From an uncultured Desulfatibacillum sp. (GTDB lineage: Bacteria; Desulfobacterota; Desulfobacteria; Desulfobacterales; SpSt-501): a stretch of DNA of 64,000 bases. The stretch's first letter is position 1. Each line of letters begins with the position of its first letter. The notes under the pieces are model-generated. The model searched no databases. It was not told the DNA's origin and saw nothing but the letters and a program-made list of their open reading frames with translations. The stretch lies in the NCBI GenBank assembly GCA_964596545.1, contig CAZQUP010000005.1:12340-76339 (forward strand), read 5' to 3'. A program made the translations under genes and the position numbers. Positions 38,050-47,289 of the stretch are shown in pieces.

Positions 38050-38132
38050 GGCGACTCCTTTCGCGCACGGAGCGCGGCTTCGCCGCCAACCGGCGGCGAA
38101 GGCCGGGCTCAACGCCTTGCCTGCGCTTGCCC

Positions 38133-39398
38133 TCAAGGGCAGACGATGATGTTCCGCGCCCAGAGGCAATCGCCGCAGGTGGGATGGCGGTTGCCGAAGC
38201 AGTCCTCCTCGTTCGACTCGGAAAAGTCGCAGCCGCCGCAGTGGACGCAGGGGGAAAAGTCGAAATCGAGCACGCGGCGGCGGAAGCTTCGGTATTCCTC
38301 CCGGTTCCAGATCGCGGCGATCTCCTCGGTGGCGATGTTGCCCACCACCCAGCGCCGGATCCGTTTTTCGCGCCCCAGGACGAAGCAGCGGTAGGAATGC
38401 ATGAGGGGAATGCAGGGGCTGACGCCGCCGTCCCAGGCGACGGCGGCGGCCCCCTGCTCGACGAAGCGGCAATGCCCATCGGCCTGAGGGTTGCGCGGCC
38501 GCGGCGACAACGGCTCGGCCGCGCAGCCGGACCAGAAGAGCTCGTTCAGGGCCTGGAGATTCTCCGGCCGGGCATCCACCCGCGGGGCGGTTACCCGCGG
38601 GTGGAAGGGAGAGCCGCTGGTCGTCCAAGGCTTTTCGGCCGACATCCAATAGAGGATTTCCTCTTTCAACTCCTCCGTATAGGGCATCAGGTTCGTGAGG
38701 ATGATGAAAGCGGCCCCCATCTCGAACGAGAGCCGTCGAAGCCCCTTCAGCTCACTCAAATTTTCGCGCGTGAGCACGAATTCGATGCCGATCTCGGGCT
38801 TCGCCCGACGCCGTTCGTGGCGCAACAGGCGCAGCTCACGCAAATTCTCCTGGACCGCCTTCAGATCCGCCCCCCCGTGTCCAGCGGCGTGGCCCGCGGG
38901 GGAAACCCCGTCCACGGAGACCACCAGGCGGTCCAGACCGGCCGTGAGCAAATCGAGGGACATCGGACGCGAAAGCAGCAGGCCGTTGGTGACGAGCTCC
39001 GTCTCCGCGCCCAGGGCGGAGGCGGCGGCGACCATCTCCGCGATCCGGGGGTGCAACAGGGGCTCACCCATGCCCCAAAAAGACATGGCGCGAAACGAGG
39101 GGACCCGCTGAAGCGATTCGATCAGGCGCTCGAAAAGGTCCATCGCGAGGGTTCCGCTCGGCTCATCCCAACTTCTGCGGATACAGCTCCGGCAGTCGAG
39201 GTTGCAGCGTGTAGTCGGCTCGAGATAGATTTTCGCAAGCGGGGGATCCTGGGGAAAAACCAGCAACCCATGCGGGCCGGGGCGGACTTCCACCGCCGCT
39301 CCGGGCTTGAGACCCCAGCGTCTCCTGAGGGCCTCGGGAAGCACCAAGCGCCCTTCGGCGTCAAGTTCCAGGACAAGGGAAGGATCGGTCTCAGACAT
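38133..39398 (-). CDS. Radical SAM/SPASM enzyme with N-terminal AbrB/SpoVT-like domain
   Basis: LDAEGRLVLPEALRRRWGLKPG swapped-hairpin motif, CNLDCRSC, and a C-terminal Cys-rich SPASM region (CVHCGGC...CGDC). Confidence 0.8.
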   Translation of the reverse strand: MSETDPSLVLELDAEGRLVLPEALRRRWGLKPGAAVEVRPGPHGLLVFPQDPPLAKIYLEPTTRCNLDCRSCIRRSWDEPSGTLAMDLFERLIESLQRVPSFRAMSFWGMGEPLLHPRIAEMVAAASALGAETELVTNGLLLSRPMSLDLLTAGLDRLVVSVDGVSPAGHAAGHGGADLKAVQENLRELRLLRHERRRAKPEIGIEFVLTRENLSELKGLRRLSFEMGAAFIILTNLMPYTEELKEEILYWMSAEKPWTTSGSPFHPRVTAPRVDARPENLQALNELFWSGCAAEPLSPRPRNPQADGHCRFVEQGAAAVAWDGGVSPCIPLMHSYRCFVLGREKRIRRWVVGNIATEEIAAIWNREEYRSFRRRVLDFDFSPCVHCGGCDFSESNEEDCFGNRHPTCGDCLWARNIIVCP

Positions 39399-39422
39399 GG
39401 GATCGGCTCAATCGTGGGGACC

Positions 39423-40202
39423 TCACTTCGTCTTGCCGGTTTTTGCGCCGGCAGGTGCCGCGGGAAGGCCGAGCCTGCGCCGCAGCTCGGCCTCCTCGAG
39501 AAGTCCGGAATGATAGCGCGCATCCGGGAAAATGTAGGTCGGCGTTCCGCTCACCCCTTTCCGGGAGAGAAGCTCGCGGGTTTCCTCGACCACGCGCTCG
39601 CCCTCGGCACACTGGTTTTCGGAGAGGTAGCCGTTGTGGAAATCATCCAAGGATTTCTTGTCGCAGATCACGGCGATCGACTGCGGCCGCGAATCCTTGT
39701 AGGAGTCCAGCGGGAAAAAGAGGATCCGCGCCGTGATCTCCCCCTGGGCGGCAAGCTTCTTGAGCGTCTCCTCCCCTTTTTTGCAATAGGGGCAGTGGGG
39801 ATCGGTGGCGTAATAGAGGGTCTTTGGGCCGTCCCCCAGGCGGATCGCGGTGAGCGCCTCGAGCCGCTTCATCTCTTCGGTCGTGAAAAAATTCACCTGC
39901 TCGATCTTCTCGCGGGTCAGATTGCGGCCGCTTTTCGCCTCATAGAGCTGCCCCATAAGGAGATAATCGCCCGAGGGGCCGGTGTAGAAAATGTGGACCC
40001 GCTGATTCAGCCGCACCTGGATCTCGCAGAGGTTCTCGAACTCCGTCGGCTGAAGCGCAACCAGGCTCCGGTCCGGGGCCTCGAAGCGCGAGATCACCTG
40101 CTGGATCTTCTCGCGCGGCGGGCACTGCGCGTCGGCCTTTCCCGCAAAAAGCGCGATCGAAGCGATCATCCCGGCCACCGCAAGGGCTTGGCTTCGTTTC
40201 AC
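39423..40202 (-). CDS. DsbC/DsbG-like periplasmic thiol:disulfide isomerase
   Basis: Signal peptide, N-terminal dimerisation domain, CPYC active site. Confidence 0.8.
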   Translation of the reverse strand: MKRSQALAVAGMIASIALFAGKADAQCPPREKIQQVISRFEAPDRSLVALQPTEFENLCEIQVRLNQRVHIFYTGPSGDYLLMGQLYEAKSGRNLTREKIEQVNFFTTEEMKRLEALTAIRLGDGPKTLYYATDPHCPYCKKGEETLKKLAAQGEITARILFFPLDSYKDSRPQSIAVICDKKSLDDFHNGYLSENQCAEGERVVEETRELLSRKGVSGTPTYIFPDARYHSGLLEEAELRRRLGLPAAPAGAKTGKTK

Positions 40203-40259
40203 GGCCGTTCTCCTTTCTTCGACCCCATCGTCGGCTGCCCCGTCTCTTCCGCGCCCGAC

Positions 40260-40799
40260 TCAGCGGCCGGGGAAGCCCGTCTCCACGGGCAGGTTCGCCT
40301 CCCGCCACACCGTCCAGCCGTTCACGAGCACGCGGGCATGGCGGAAACCCGCATCGCGGAAAAACAGGGCGAGCTCGTGGCTCAAGGAACAGGTCTCCCC
40401 GTCGCAGTAGGTGATCACCGGCGTCTCCAGATCCAGGTCGGCCGTTTCCTCAATAAACCGCAGATCGACTTGCTGAAGCGGAAGGCTGCGGGCTCCGCGG
40501 ATGTGGCCGCGGGCGTATTCTTCGGGAGGCCGCGCGTCGAAGAAGACGGCGGCCCGCGTAAAAAAGAGTTTTTCCGCTTCCTCGAGCGCGATGTCCATTC
40601 GCTCGCCGGTCGGAGTCGTGAACCGTGCGGCAGGCGAAAAATCCCCCACCAGGGGGATCCCGTCCGGCCGCAGGGCGTTCACCGAAAGCGCGACGGCTGC
40701 ACTCCAGACCAAAAGGGCCGCCGTCTGCCAGACGGCCTGGCTCCACGCCGACGACGAGGTTCCGGGGCTGCGGGCCCGCTGGCGCTCGAAAGCGGCCAT
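40260..40799 (-). CDS. Membrane-anchored rhodanese-domain sulfurtransferase
   Basis: TM helix, then a rhodanese fold with a CDGETC active-site loop. ATG 40799 preferred over the TTG at 40844. Confidence 0.75.
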   Translation of the reverse strand: MAAFERQRARSPGTSSSAWSQAVWQTAALLVWSAAVALSVNALRPDGIPLVGDFSPAARFTTPTGERMDIALEEAEKLFFTRAAVFFDARPPEEYARGHIRGARSLPLQQVDLRFIEETADLDLETPVITYCDGETCSLSHELALFFRDAGFRHARVLVNGWTVWREANLPVETGFPGR

Positions 40800-40827
40800 G
40801 AAATCGTTTTCTGCTCCTTGCTCGAAT

Positions 40828-41352
40828 TCAAGAATCGAAAGCAAACCGGCTCAGATAGGCCTCCAACTTCCCGCGGGGCTCCTCGGCAAGCTCGGGGCAA
40901 TCGGCGGCCGACTTCACCCCCTCGGCGGCCCTGGCGGCGAAGACCATGCAGGTCGGCTCCCCGCAACGGCGACAATTGGTCCGCGGCAGCAGCTTCAGGA
41001 TCTCGAGCACCTGGGGCTTGGGCGCCCCTTCGAAGCTCGGAGTGATCGCGGCGCGGTTCTCCCAAGCCTGGTTGATCTCGCGCTTCAGCCATTCGAGAAC
41101 CTTGTCGGCCTCGGCCTCGTCGTTCAGAGCGTTGACGGCGATCTCGCGGCCATGGATGGTGATCAGGCGGCCGCGCGAACGCAGCACGAGCGCCGGCGGA
41201 TCCTTCAAATACTCGAACCCGCCCAGGACCGCGTTCAGATAGGGCAGCACCGCGGAGACATCCTGATGCAGAGTCGCAATGCAATGCAGCGACTCAAAGC
41301 GCGGATTGCACTCCGCGCGGAAAATCCTCTTGGTGTATCCTTCAAGCAGCAT
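40828..41352 (-). CDS. Protein with C-terminal putative Fe-S cluster domain (RnfB/CdhD N-terminal type)
   Basis: LPRTNCRRCGEPTCMVFA motif. ATG 41352 follows GGAGGAGG by 5 nt. Confidence 0.6.
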   Translation of the reverse strand: MLLEGYTKRIFRAECNPRFESLHCIATLHQDVSAVLPYLNAVLGGFEYLKDPPALVLRSRGRLITIHGREIAVNALNDEAEADKVLEWLKREINQAWENRAAITPSFEGAPKPQVLEILKLLPRTNCRRCGEPTCMVFAARAAEGVKSAADCPELAEEPRGKLEAYLSRFAFDS

Positions 41353-41439
41353 ACGACCTCCTCCCGGCAAACACGCCGTTTCGCCGGCCGGGCTTTTTCA
41401 GGAATGCGCGGGGCCGTAGCCGACCTCGAAGACAGGCAT

Positions 41440-41634
41440 TCAATGGCGCGCGAGCGCTTTTTCCACCCGCTTGAGCAGCTCCTCGCGCAGGAAGGACAGC
41501 GCCTCCTCGGCCTGCCCATCGAAGGCGATCGCTAGCAGCCGCTGCACCTCCTCGGGCCCGAGCGCAATCAGAACCGGTTTCAACGGAAAGCTCACTTGCT
41601 CCCCCTTACGCTGGGTTTCCCGCTCGCCGGTCAT
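41440..41634 (-). CDS. Small hypothetical protein (64 aa)
   Basis: ATG lies 4 nt after the upstream stop. Helical, no family recognised. Confidence 0.3.
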   Translation of the reverse strand: MTGERETQRKGEQVSFPLKPVLIALGPEEVQRLLAIAFDGQAEEALSFLREELLKRVEKALARH

Positions 41635-41638
41635 TTTG

Positions 41639-42784
41639 CTATTCGACCACACCGGTCACCATCACCTGGAGCGCCGGACGGGCGGGGTGATCGGTTTCGA
41701 TCACCACCATGTCGGCGATCCGGCCGGGCTCCTTTCGGGTGCTGAAAATCGTGAGCTCGTAGACCGTCCCCGAAGGACCGCTTTTCTGGGCCATCTGAAA
41801 GCGAATGTCGCGTCCTTTCACCGCCCGGAGGTTCCGGATGGCAAAGGGCCGCTCGGAGCGCGGCAGGATGCGGGCGACGGCGCTCGCCGTCTCTCCGGCT
41901 TTCGCCCGCAACAGGACGCTTTTGGGCTGGATGTCGGCGAAGGCCTCCACCCGCCCGCTGAGCATCAGCTCCAGAACGGCGGCGTTGGGGTCGTTGGTGT
42001 GCACCACCACCGCTTCGCGGATATCCCGGCCGGCGTAGCCCGCGGTCTTGAATTCCACCCGGATTGTGCCCTGGCCGCCGGGAGGGATGAGCCTCGTCGA
42101 CGTGGCCGCCGTGCAGCCGCAACCCGTTTTCACCTTTTCGATCCGCAGCTCGGCCGCCCCGCGGTTTTCGACCACGAATTCATGCCGCACGAGGTCGCCC
42201 TCGATGGCCGTGCCGAAGTCGTGGTGGGGCTTGAGCACGACAACGGCGGGGGAGCCGGCCTGTGCCACGCCGCTCCAGGCGGACAGCCAGAAGATCGCCA
42301 GCAGCAACGGCACCGTTTTGCCGGCCGCCCGACGGGCAAAAAAAACGCCGTAAAAAAGCCTCAGCGCCACGGCGAGAAACAGGCCGTCCCGCAGCAAAAC
42401 CCAGGGGGTCTCCAGCGCCGGGCCTTCGCTTCCGGTGCTGAAGCAGCCGCAGTGGACGTCCAGGCCGCGGGCGGCGTTGAAAGCAAGCGCACCGACAAAA
42501 ACCAGCAGCAGACCGTTGGCCGACAACACGGCGCCGGGCAGACAGAAACCGGTGATCAAGCAGAGGCCGAGGAAAAGCTCCATCCACGGAAGCACCAGCG
42601 CGACCGGATGCACGAGGGCATCGGGGAGGATTTGATAATTGTAGACGTCCTTGGCGAAGGCCGCCGGGTGGGCGATCTTGTCCAGGCTCGCGTAAACGAA
42701 GATCCCCCCCAGGATCAACCGGGCCCCGAGCTGCATCCAATCGGCGGCCCCCCCGCGGAGTCGACGCCCGGACTCAGTGTGCAT
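41639..42784 (-). CDS. MauE/DoxX-family membrane protein fused to a DUF1573-like periplasmic domain
   Basis: Four TM helices with DVHCGCF, followed by a GCGCT-containing beta-rich domain. Confidence 0.65.
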   Translation of the reverse strand: MHTESGRRLRGGAADWMQLGARLILGGIFVYASLDKIAHPAAFAKDVYNYQILPDALVHPVALVLPWMELFLGLCLITGFCLPGAVLSANGLLLVFVGALAFNAARGLDVHCGCFSTGSEGPALETPWVLLRDGLFLAVALRLFYGVFFARRAAGKTVPLLLAIFWLSAWSGVAQAGSPAVVVLKPHHDFGTAIEGDLVRHEFVVENRGAAELRIEKVKTGCGCTAATSTRLIPPGGQGTIRVEFKTAGYAGRDIREAVVVHTNDPNAAVLELMLSGRVEAFADIQPKSVLLRAKAGETASAVARILPRSERPFAIRNLRAVKGRDIRFQMAQKSGPSGTVYELTIFSTRKEPGRIADMVVIETDHPARPALQVMVTGVVE

Positions 42785-43772
42785 GCCCAGCCTCCTTTCC
42801 GTTGAGGCAAGAAAGGCCGCAAAGGAGTTCGCCGTTTCCGCAGTCCGCGGTTTCAAACTGGAAGACCGGATGATCGATCCCGAAGCGCTCGCGGAGACGG
42901 CACCGCAGCGTCCGTGCCAGAGCTTCCGTGCCGCTGACCGCCTGATCGGGCACGACCACGTGACAGGAAAAGGCCACGCCGCTCGAGGAGAGATTCCAGG
43001 CATGGAGGTAGTGCACGCTCTGGACGCCGGGGACCTCCTCAAGATAGCGCTTCACGGCTGCGAGATCCAGCCCCCGAGGCGTCGAATTCATGAGGATCAG
43101 TCCCGATTCGCGGGCGATGCTCCAGGAATTCTTGAGGATGAAGATCACGATGGCGAACGACAGCAGCGGGTCGAGCCAGTACCAGGGCCGCACGGTGAGA
43201 ATCGCCCCTCCGATCAGCACGGCGATCGAGGTCAGCATGTCGCCCACCATGTGCCAGAACGCGCCGCGTACGTTGAGGCTGTGCCGGGCGTCCCGATGGA
43301 GAAGCCAGGCCGACAGGCCGTTTCCCGCAACCCCCACCGCGGCAAGCCCCATCACAATCCCCCCCGCCACCACCGTGGGATGCCGCAAGCGATCGACGGC
43401 TTCGACGAGGATGACCGCCGAGGCTCCCGCGAGCAAGGCGACCTGCACGAGCGCGGCCAGCACCTCGGCACGCCGATATCCGAAGGTGTGCCGCACGGAG
43501 GCGCCGCGCCGGCCGATACGGAAGGCGAAATAGGCGATCATCACGGCCGCGAAATCGCCGAAATTGTGCGTGGCATCCGAGATGAGCGCCATGCTGCCGG
43601 AGGCGAGTCCCCCCGCCACCTGAGCAAGAGGGATCAAGAGATTCAACCCCAGGGTGGCGAGAAGGCGCGTCCCGGTGTGCCCGTCCCCCTCTTCGGCGGG
43701 ATCCGACCCGCAACCCCCGCCCGAGGTTGCCGCGGGCGGAGTTTGGGGCGAAAAGCCGTGCAGCATGCTCAT
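42774..43772 (-). CDS. Cation diffusion facilitator (CzcD-like) metal efflux transporter
   Basis: ALISDATHNFGD and HMVGDMLTS motifs, plus a Cys/His-rich C-terminal tail. Start is approximate. Confidence 0.8.
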   Translation of the reverse strand: MSMLHGFSPQTPPAATSGGGCGSDPAEEGDGHTGTRLLATLGLNLLIPLAQVAGGLASGSMALISDATHNFGDFAAVMIAYFAFRIGRRGASVRHTFGYRRAEVLAALVQVALLAGASAVILVEAVDRLRHPTVVAGGIVMGLAAVGVAGNGLSAWLLHRDARHSLNVRGAFWHMVGDMLTSIAVLIGGAILTVRPWYWLDPLLSFAIVIFILKNSWSIARESGLILMNSTPRGLDLAAVKRYLEEVPGVQSVHYLHAWNLSSSGVAFSCHVVVPDQAVSGTEALARTLRCRLRERFGIDHPVFQFETADCGNGELLCGLSCLNGKEAGHAH

Positions 43773-43813
43773 AAGGAGAGTTTTCCCCGCCGCCGGTGCA
43801 CCGGCGGCGAAAA

Positions 43814-44530
43814 TCATGCCGACCAGAGAAGCCAAAACGGGTTGAGCAGAAAGTAAATCCCCAACAGGCCGATCACGGCCCCGGCCGCCTTGCGGAACCA
43901 GGCGCCGGCCCCCTGCCAGGCGCTGTTTTCGACGAGCCGCCGGACGGCCGCGGTCGAACTGCCGGCGACGGCGATCGGCAGGCAATGACCGATCCCGAAA
44001 AGAAGGATCAAGGCGATCCCTTGGAGCGGCTCCCGCTGAACGGTGATCATGGCGAGAATGGGGGCGATGAATCCGAAGGTGCAGGAACCGGATAGGATGC
44101 CGTAGCCCAGCCCTAAGGCGAACGCGCCGCTGCGGCCCCGAAAATTCAATCGGTAGAGCAGGCTGCCCGAGGCCGAGCAGGACTCGACCCCCATCATGCC
44201 GAGCGCGACCCAGATCAGGACCGCACCGACGAGGATCTGCCACCAGGAACCGATGTCCCCCAACATCAGGCCGAGAAGCGCGCATGCCGCTCCGATGAGG
44301 CCGATCGTGAGAAAAAGCCCGGCGCTGAAGAGCCCGGCGTAGACCGCGGCCTGCCGGGGAACAAGCGCCTTTTCCTGGCCGCCGACGTAGGCGACGATCA
44401 GCGGGATCGAAGCGAGATGGCAGGGGCTGAAGAGCACACTGACCATCCCCCAGAGGAAGGCCCCGGCGGCGGCAAGCCCGCTTCCACCGACCATCCACTC
44501 GTTGGCGGCAAGAAAGAGCGCTTCCAGCAC
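43814..44530 (-). CDS. ccdA: CcdA/DsbD-family thiol-reductant transmembrane transporter
   Basis: SPCHLASIP and SGSCTFGFIAP conserved cysteine motifs. GTG start. Confidence 0.8.
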   Translation of the reverse strand: MLEALFLAANEWMVGGSGLAAAGAFLWGMVSVLFSPCHLASIPLIVAYVGGQEKALVPRQAAVYAGLFSAGLFLTIGLIGAACALLGLMLGDIGSWWQILVGAVLIWVALGMMGVESCSASGSLLYRLNFRGRSGAFALGLGYGILSGSCTFGFIAPILAMITVQREPLQGIALILLFGIGHCLPIAVAGSSTAAVRRLVENSAWQGAGAWFRKAAGAVIGLLGIYFLLNPFWLLWSA

Positions 44531-44540
44531 GACACGCTCC

Positions 44541-45443
44541 TCAGCGGATCCCCATCTGCGCGAGCACCCGGTTCACCTCGACCTCGGGGAAAAACCCCTC
44601 GTGGCGGAAGACCTCCTTGCCCTGGCGGTCAAAAAAGACCTGGACCGGAATCGCCCGGATCCCGTATCGGGCGGCAAGAAGTTTCTCCTCGCCCACATGA
44701 ACGAAAACGACGTTCAAGTGCGTCCCGTGGGTTTGCCGCAGCTTTTCGAGGATGGGCTGCATCATGTCGCAGGGCACACAGCCGGAAGCCCCGAACTCCA
44801 CGAGTGTGGGCTTCCCGGAAAAACGCGCCCGGTCGACGGGATTGTCCTGCGCGAGCTCGGCCTTGCTTTGGAGCCAGGAGGCATTGACCTCCAGGGGAAC
44901 CCTTTTTTCGAGGGCGGCGAGAAAATCGACGACAGCCTGCTCCTGCTTTTGCTGCAGGAGCATCTGGCGGATCGCCCCCGAGACCTGCTCGTAGGGCGCC
45001 CCCCCGATCATCTCCCGGTTCTGTTCGTAGAAGGCTCGGACTTCGGTCTGGGAGACGCTCGCTTCGGCGCTCAGGCGACGGAAGAGAGCTTCGACCGCCT
45101 GTTCGTCCGATACCCCGGGACCTGCGAGTCCCTGGCGCTTTGCTTCGCGAACGAGGATCCGACGGCCGGCCTCGCGCTCCAGGAGAAAGAACCGGTTTCT
45201 TTCGAGCTGAGTCCTCCAGTCCGAAGGCGCCTCCTGCAACAGCCGCTCCAGCTCCTCGGCACGGATTTCCAGCTCTTCGCTGCGGAAAAGCACCGCGGCG
45301 GGAAGTGCGGACAGGCGCGCCGCGCGCAGCACCCCTCCCGCCAGCCCGGGATAACGTTCTTCGAGGGTCGCCGCGGCGACGGGGGAGGCGGCGAAACCGA
45401 ACAGGGAGATCAGGAGCAAGGCGAACGCCGCCGCCGCTTTCAT
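44541..45443 (-). CDS. Periplasmic SurA-N/chaperone-like domain fused to a thioredoxin domain
   Basis: Signal peptide, helical N-domain, C-terminal Trx fold with GCVPC. Confidence 0.7.
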   Translation of the reverse strand: MKAAAAFALLLISLFGFAASPVAAATLEERYPGLAGGVLRAARLSALPAAVLFRSEELEIRAEELERLLQEAPSDWRTQLERNRFFLLEREAGRRILVREAKRQGLAGPGVSDEQAVEALFRRLSAEASVSQTEVRAFYEQNREMIGGAPYEQVSGAIRQMLLQQKQEQAVVDFLAALEKRVPLEVNASWLQSKAELAQDNPVDRARFSGKPTLVEFGASGCVPCDMMQPILEKLRQTHGTHLNVVFVHVGEEKLLAARYGIRAIPVQVFFDRQGKEVFRHEGFFPEVEVNRVLAQMGIR

Positions 45444-45820
45444 TTGACCCCCATCTTCGCCAGTTGCTCGACGATCGCCTTTTCGCTCATGAACCCCATG
45501 TGGCGAAAGACTTCCTTTCCGTTCTTGTCGAAGAAGATCTGGGTGGGAATGACCCGGATGCCGAAGCGCCGGGCCTGCTCGGGATATCGATGGATATCGA
45601 TCACGATCACCGCCGCGCGGTCGCGGTAATCCTGCTCGACCTTTTTGAGGATCGGGGCCATCAGCTTGCAAGGCACGCACTGATCGGACCCCAAGTCGAG
45701 CAGGGTCACCATGCCCTGGACCGGAACGTGGCGGAAGTCCTCCGCCGAGGCCTGCGCCGGACCGAAGAAGACGAGCATGAGGAAAGCCAGGAGCGATCCT
45801 GCCCGGCGCGCGGTGTTCAT
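45440..45820 (-). CDS. Periplasmic thioredoxin-family protein
   Basis: Signal peptide, CVPC active site. Closely resembles the Trx domain of the downstream gene. TCAT overlaps at both ends. Confidence 0.8.
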   Translation of the reverse strand: MNTARRAGSLLAFLMLVFFGPAQASAEDFRHVPVQGMVTLLDLGSDQCVPCKLMAPILKKVEQDYRDRAAVIVIDIHRYPEQARRFGIRVIPTQIFFDKNGKEVFRHMGFMSEKAIVEQLAKMGVK

Positions 45821-46236
45821 CCGCAGCAGCCTCCAAAAGCCGTTCGGGGCGCCGCGCCTTCCCGCTCCGCGCAGGCGGCGCGGACGGCTTCTTTCACGCG
45901 ACGCACATCCTGCGGATCGAGCTCGAAGTTTTTGTTCTTTTCGATTCCCAGCTCCGTCAGCACGACGTGGCGGAAAAATTCGATTCCGGCCCGCCGGAGG
46001 GTCGCCCGAGCACAGCCGACGGGACAGCCGTCGATCGCCGCGATCAGCGGCACATCTTTCGCGGACTGGATGAAGCCCTGAAGCCCGCCGCCGATTCCGG
46101 CGAGGCAATACATCGTCCCGAATCTTTCCTGCGTGAGCTCCACCGCGGCCCGGTTGGCGATCTGCCCCACATTCGAGCCGCCCGAGCAGGCGAGAATCAT
46201 GACCGCATTTCCGTTAGCACAGCAATTTTCAGCCAT
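45817..46236 (-). CDS. DGC-domain (putative zinc-binding) protein
   Basis: ILACSGGSNVGQ ... AIDGCPVGC motif and a Cys-rich C-terminus (GGCCG). GGAGGAG RBS. Confidence 0.65.
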   Translation of the reverse strand: MAENCCANGNAVMILACSGGSNVGQIANRAAVELTQERFGTMYCLAGIGGGLQGFIQSAKDVPLIAAIDGCPVGCARATLRRAGIEFFRHVVLTELGIEKNKNFELDPQDVRRVKEAVRAACAEREGAAPRTAFGGCCG

Positions 46237-46380
46237 CGATGTCTCCTCCGGAAAGAATGACATTCATCGTCGCGAAACCGCACCGTCATTCCGGACGGGG
46301 TCCACGATCCTGAGGGAGTAGGAATTTCTGCCTGCCGTCCGACATCGAAACGACCCTGCGCGGACACGAGGAGATCCCTG

Positions 46381-46408
46381 AAAACAAAACCCCGACGCCA
46401 CCCCGGGA
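46381..46408 (-). terminator. Candidate intrinsic terminator after the small thioredoxin gene
   Basis: Minus-strand RNA CCCGG-ggugGCG-UCGGG (5 bp including one G-U pair) followed by GUUUUGUUUU. Lies in a 215-nt gap inside the redox gene run. Confidence 0.4.
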
Positions 46409-46451
46409 TGGACATCCTCCGGGAGGCGCCGGAGCGGTTTTCGCTTTCGGC

Positions 46452-46685
46452 TCAACGCTTGAGCCACTGCTTCACTTCTTCTTTGGTGGGGATCTTACCG
46501 ACGCATTTCACCTCTCCATCCACCACCACGGAAGGAGTGCCGAAGACGCCGTAGTCGGCGATTTTCAGCATGTCGGTCACCTTCTCGACCACGGCATCGA
46601 CGCCGACCTCCGCCACGGCTTCTTTGACGACGCGTTCGGTCTGCTGGCACTTGGGGCATCCGGGCCCCAGCACTTTGATGTTCAT
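46452..46685 (-). CDS. Thioredoxin-family small protein (redox-active disulfide protein 2 type)
   Basis: 77 aa. KVLGPGCPKC ... GVFGTPSVVVDG. Confidence 0.85.
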   Translation of the reverse strand: MNIKVLGPGCPKCQQTERVVKEAVAEVGVDAVVEKVTDMLKIADYGVFGTPSVVVDGEVKCVGKIPTKEEVKQWLKR

Positions 46686-46764
46686 GTTGCCGCATCTCCT
46701 TTCACCGTTCTTTCTGAAGAGTTACACAACTTCCCACCGACCGCAAGGCGTCCTGCTCTTGCCG

Positions 46765-47265
46765 TCATCCGCCGGCGGCCGCCCGGAGCCACTCTCGAAG
46801 CTGGTTGCGCGCGGGAACCCGGCCGACGGCGACCACCTTGCCGTTGATGACGAGAGCAGGGCTCCCCATCACCCCGTAACAGGCGATTTCCTGGATGTCA
46901 CGCACGTGCTCGAGGTCGGCGGGAAGCTTGAGTTCGGCGAGAACCGCCATAAGATCTTTCTCAAGGCGGTCGCATTGCGGGCAGCCGGGTCCCAGAACCT
47001 TGACCCTCAGCCCCCCCTCTTCTTTCTCGGGAAGCGGCTGTCCGATGAACTTGCGGTACTCCCGGTAAAGGGCCGCGCGGTAGGTTTCCCGGGCCGAGGG
47101 AACGACATAGTTCTTTTCGCTTACCCGGGCGAGCAGGGCTTCTTCGATGACGGCACGATCCCGGTCGGCGCAATCCCGCGCGACCTCTTCAAGAACGGAT
47201 TTCAGACCGATGATGCCGACGAGATGGTTGCCGATGCGAATCTGGGTGACGTCCGCGTTGCTCAT
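46765..47265 (-). CDS. Thioredoxin-like protein with N-terminal extension
   Basis: The C-terminal half repeats the GPGCPQC ... GSPALVINGK fold of the neighbouring gene. The N-terminal 80 aa are unassigned. Confidence 0.7.
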   Translation of the reverse strand: MSNADVTQIRIGNHLVGIIGLKSVLEEVARDCADRDRAVIEEALLARVSEKNYVVPSARETYRAALYREYRKFIGQPLPEKEEGGLRVKVLGPGCPQCDRLEKDLMAVLAELKLPADLEHVRDIQEIACYGVMGSPALVINGKVVAVGRVPARNQLREWLRAAAGG

Positions 47266-47289
47266 GGTTCCGCTTTCGTCCTTTCGGGA

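Noticed and set aside
38127-41045. Very long ORFs in the track lying antisense to recognisable genes. Examples are 38127-41045 (+, 972 aa), 9070-11028 (-), 6653-8524 (+), 46570-48537 (+), 2586-4190 (-), 20976-22436 (+), 1120-2277 (-) and 35310-36812 (-).
   Set aside because: Their translations are Arg/Gly/Pro/Asp-rich low-complexity strings with no family motifs. They fully overlap opposite-strand ORFs that carry clear family signatures. This is the expected stop-codon-poor antisense artefact of 65% GC DNA.
46237-46451. The 215-nt gap inside the redox gene run as a hidden gene, for example a second UGA-containing ORF, or a riboswitch.
   Set aside because: Minus-strand translations in all three frames give no thioredoxin-like or other recognisable motif around any UGA. 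The track ORFs there are Arg-rich noise. Only a terminator-like hairpin is reported.
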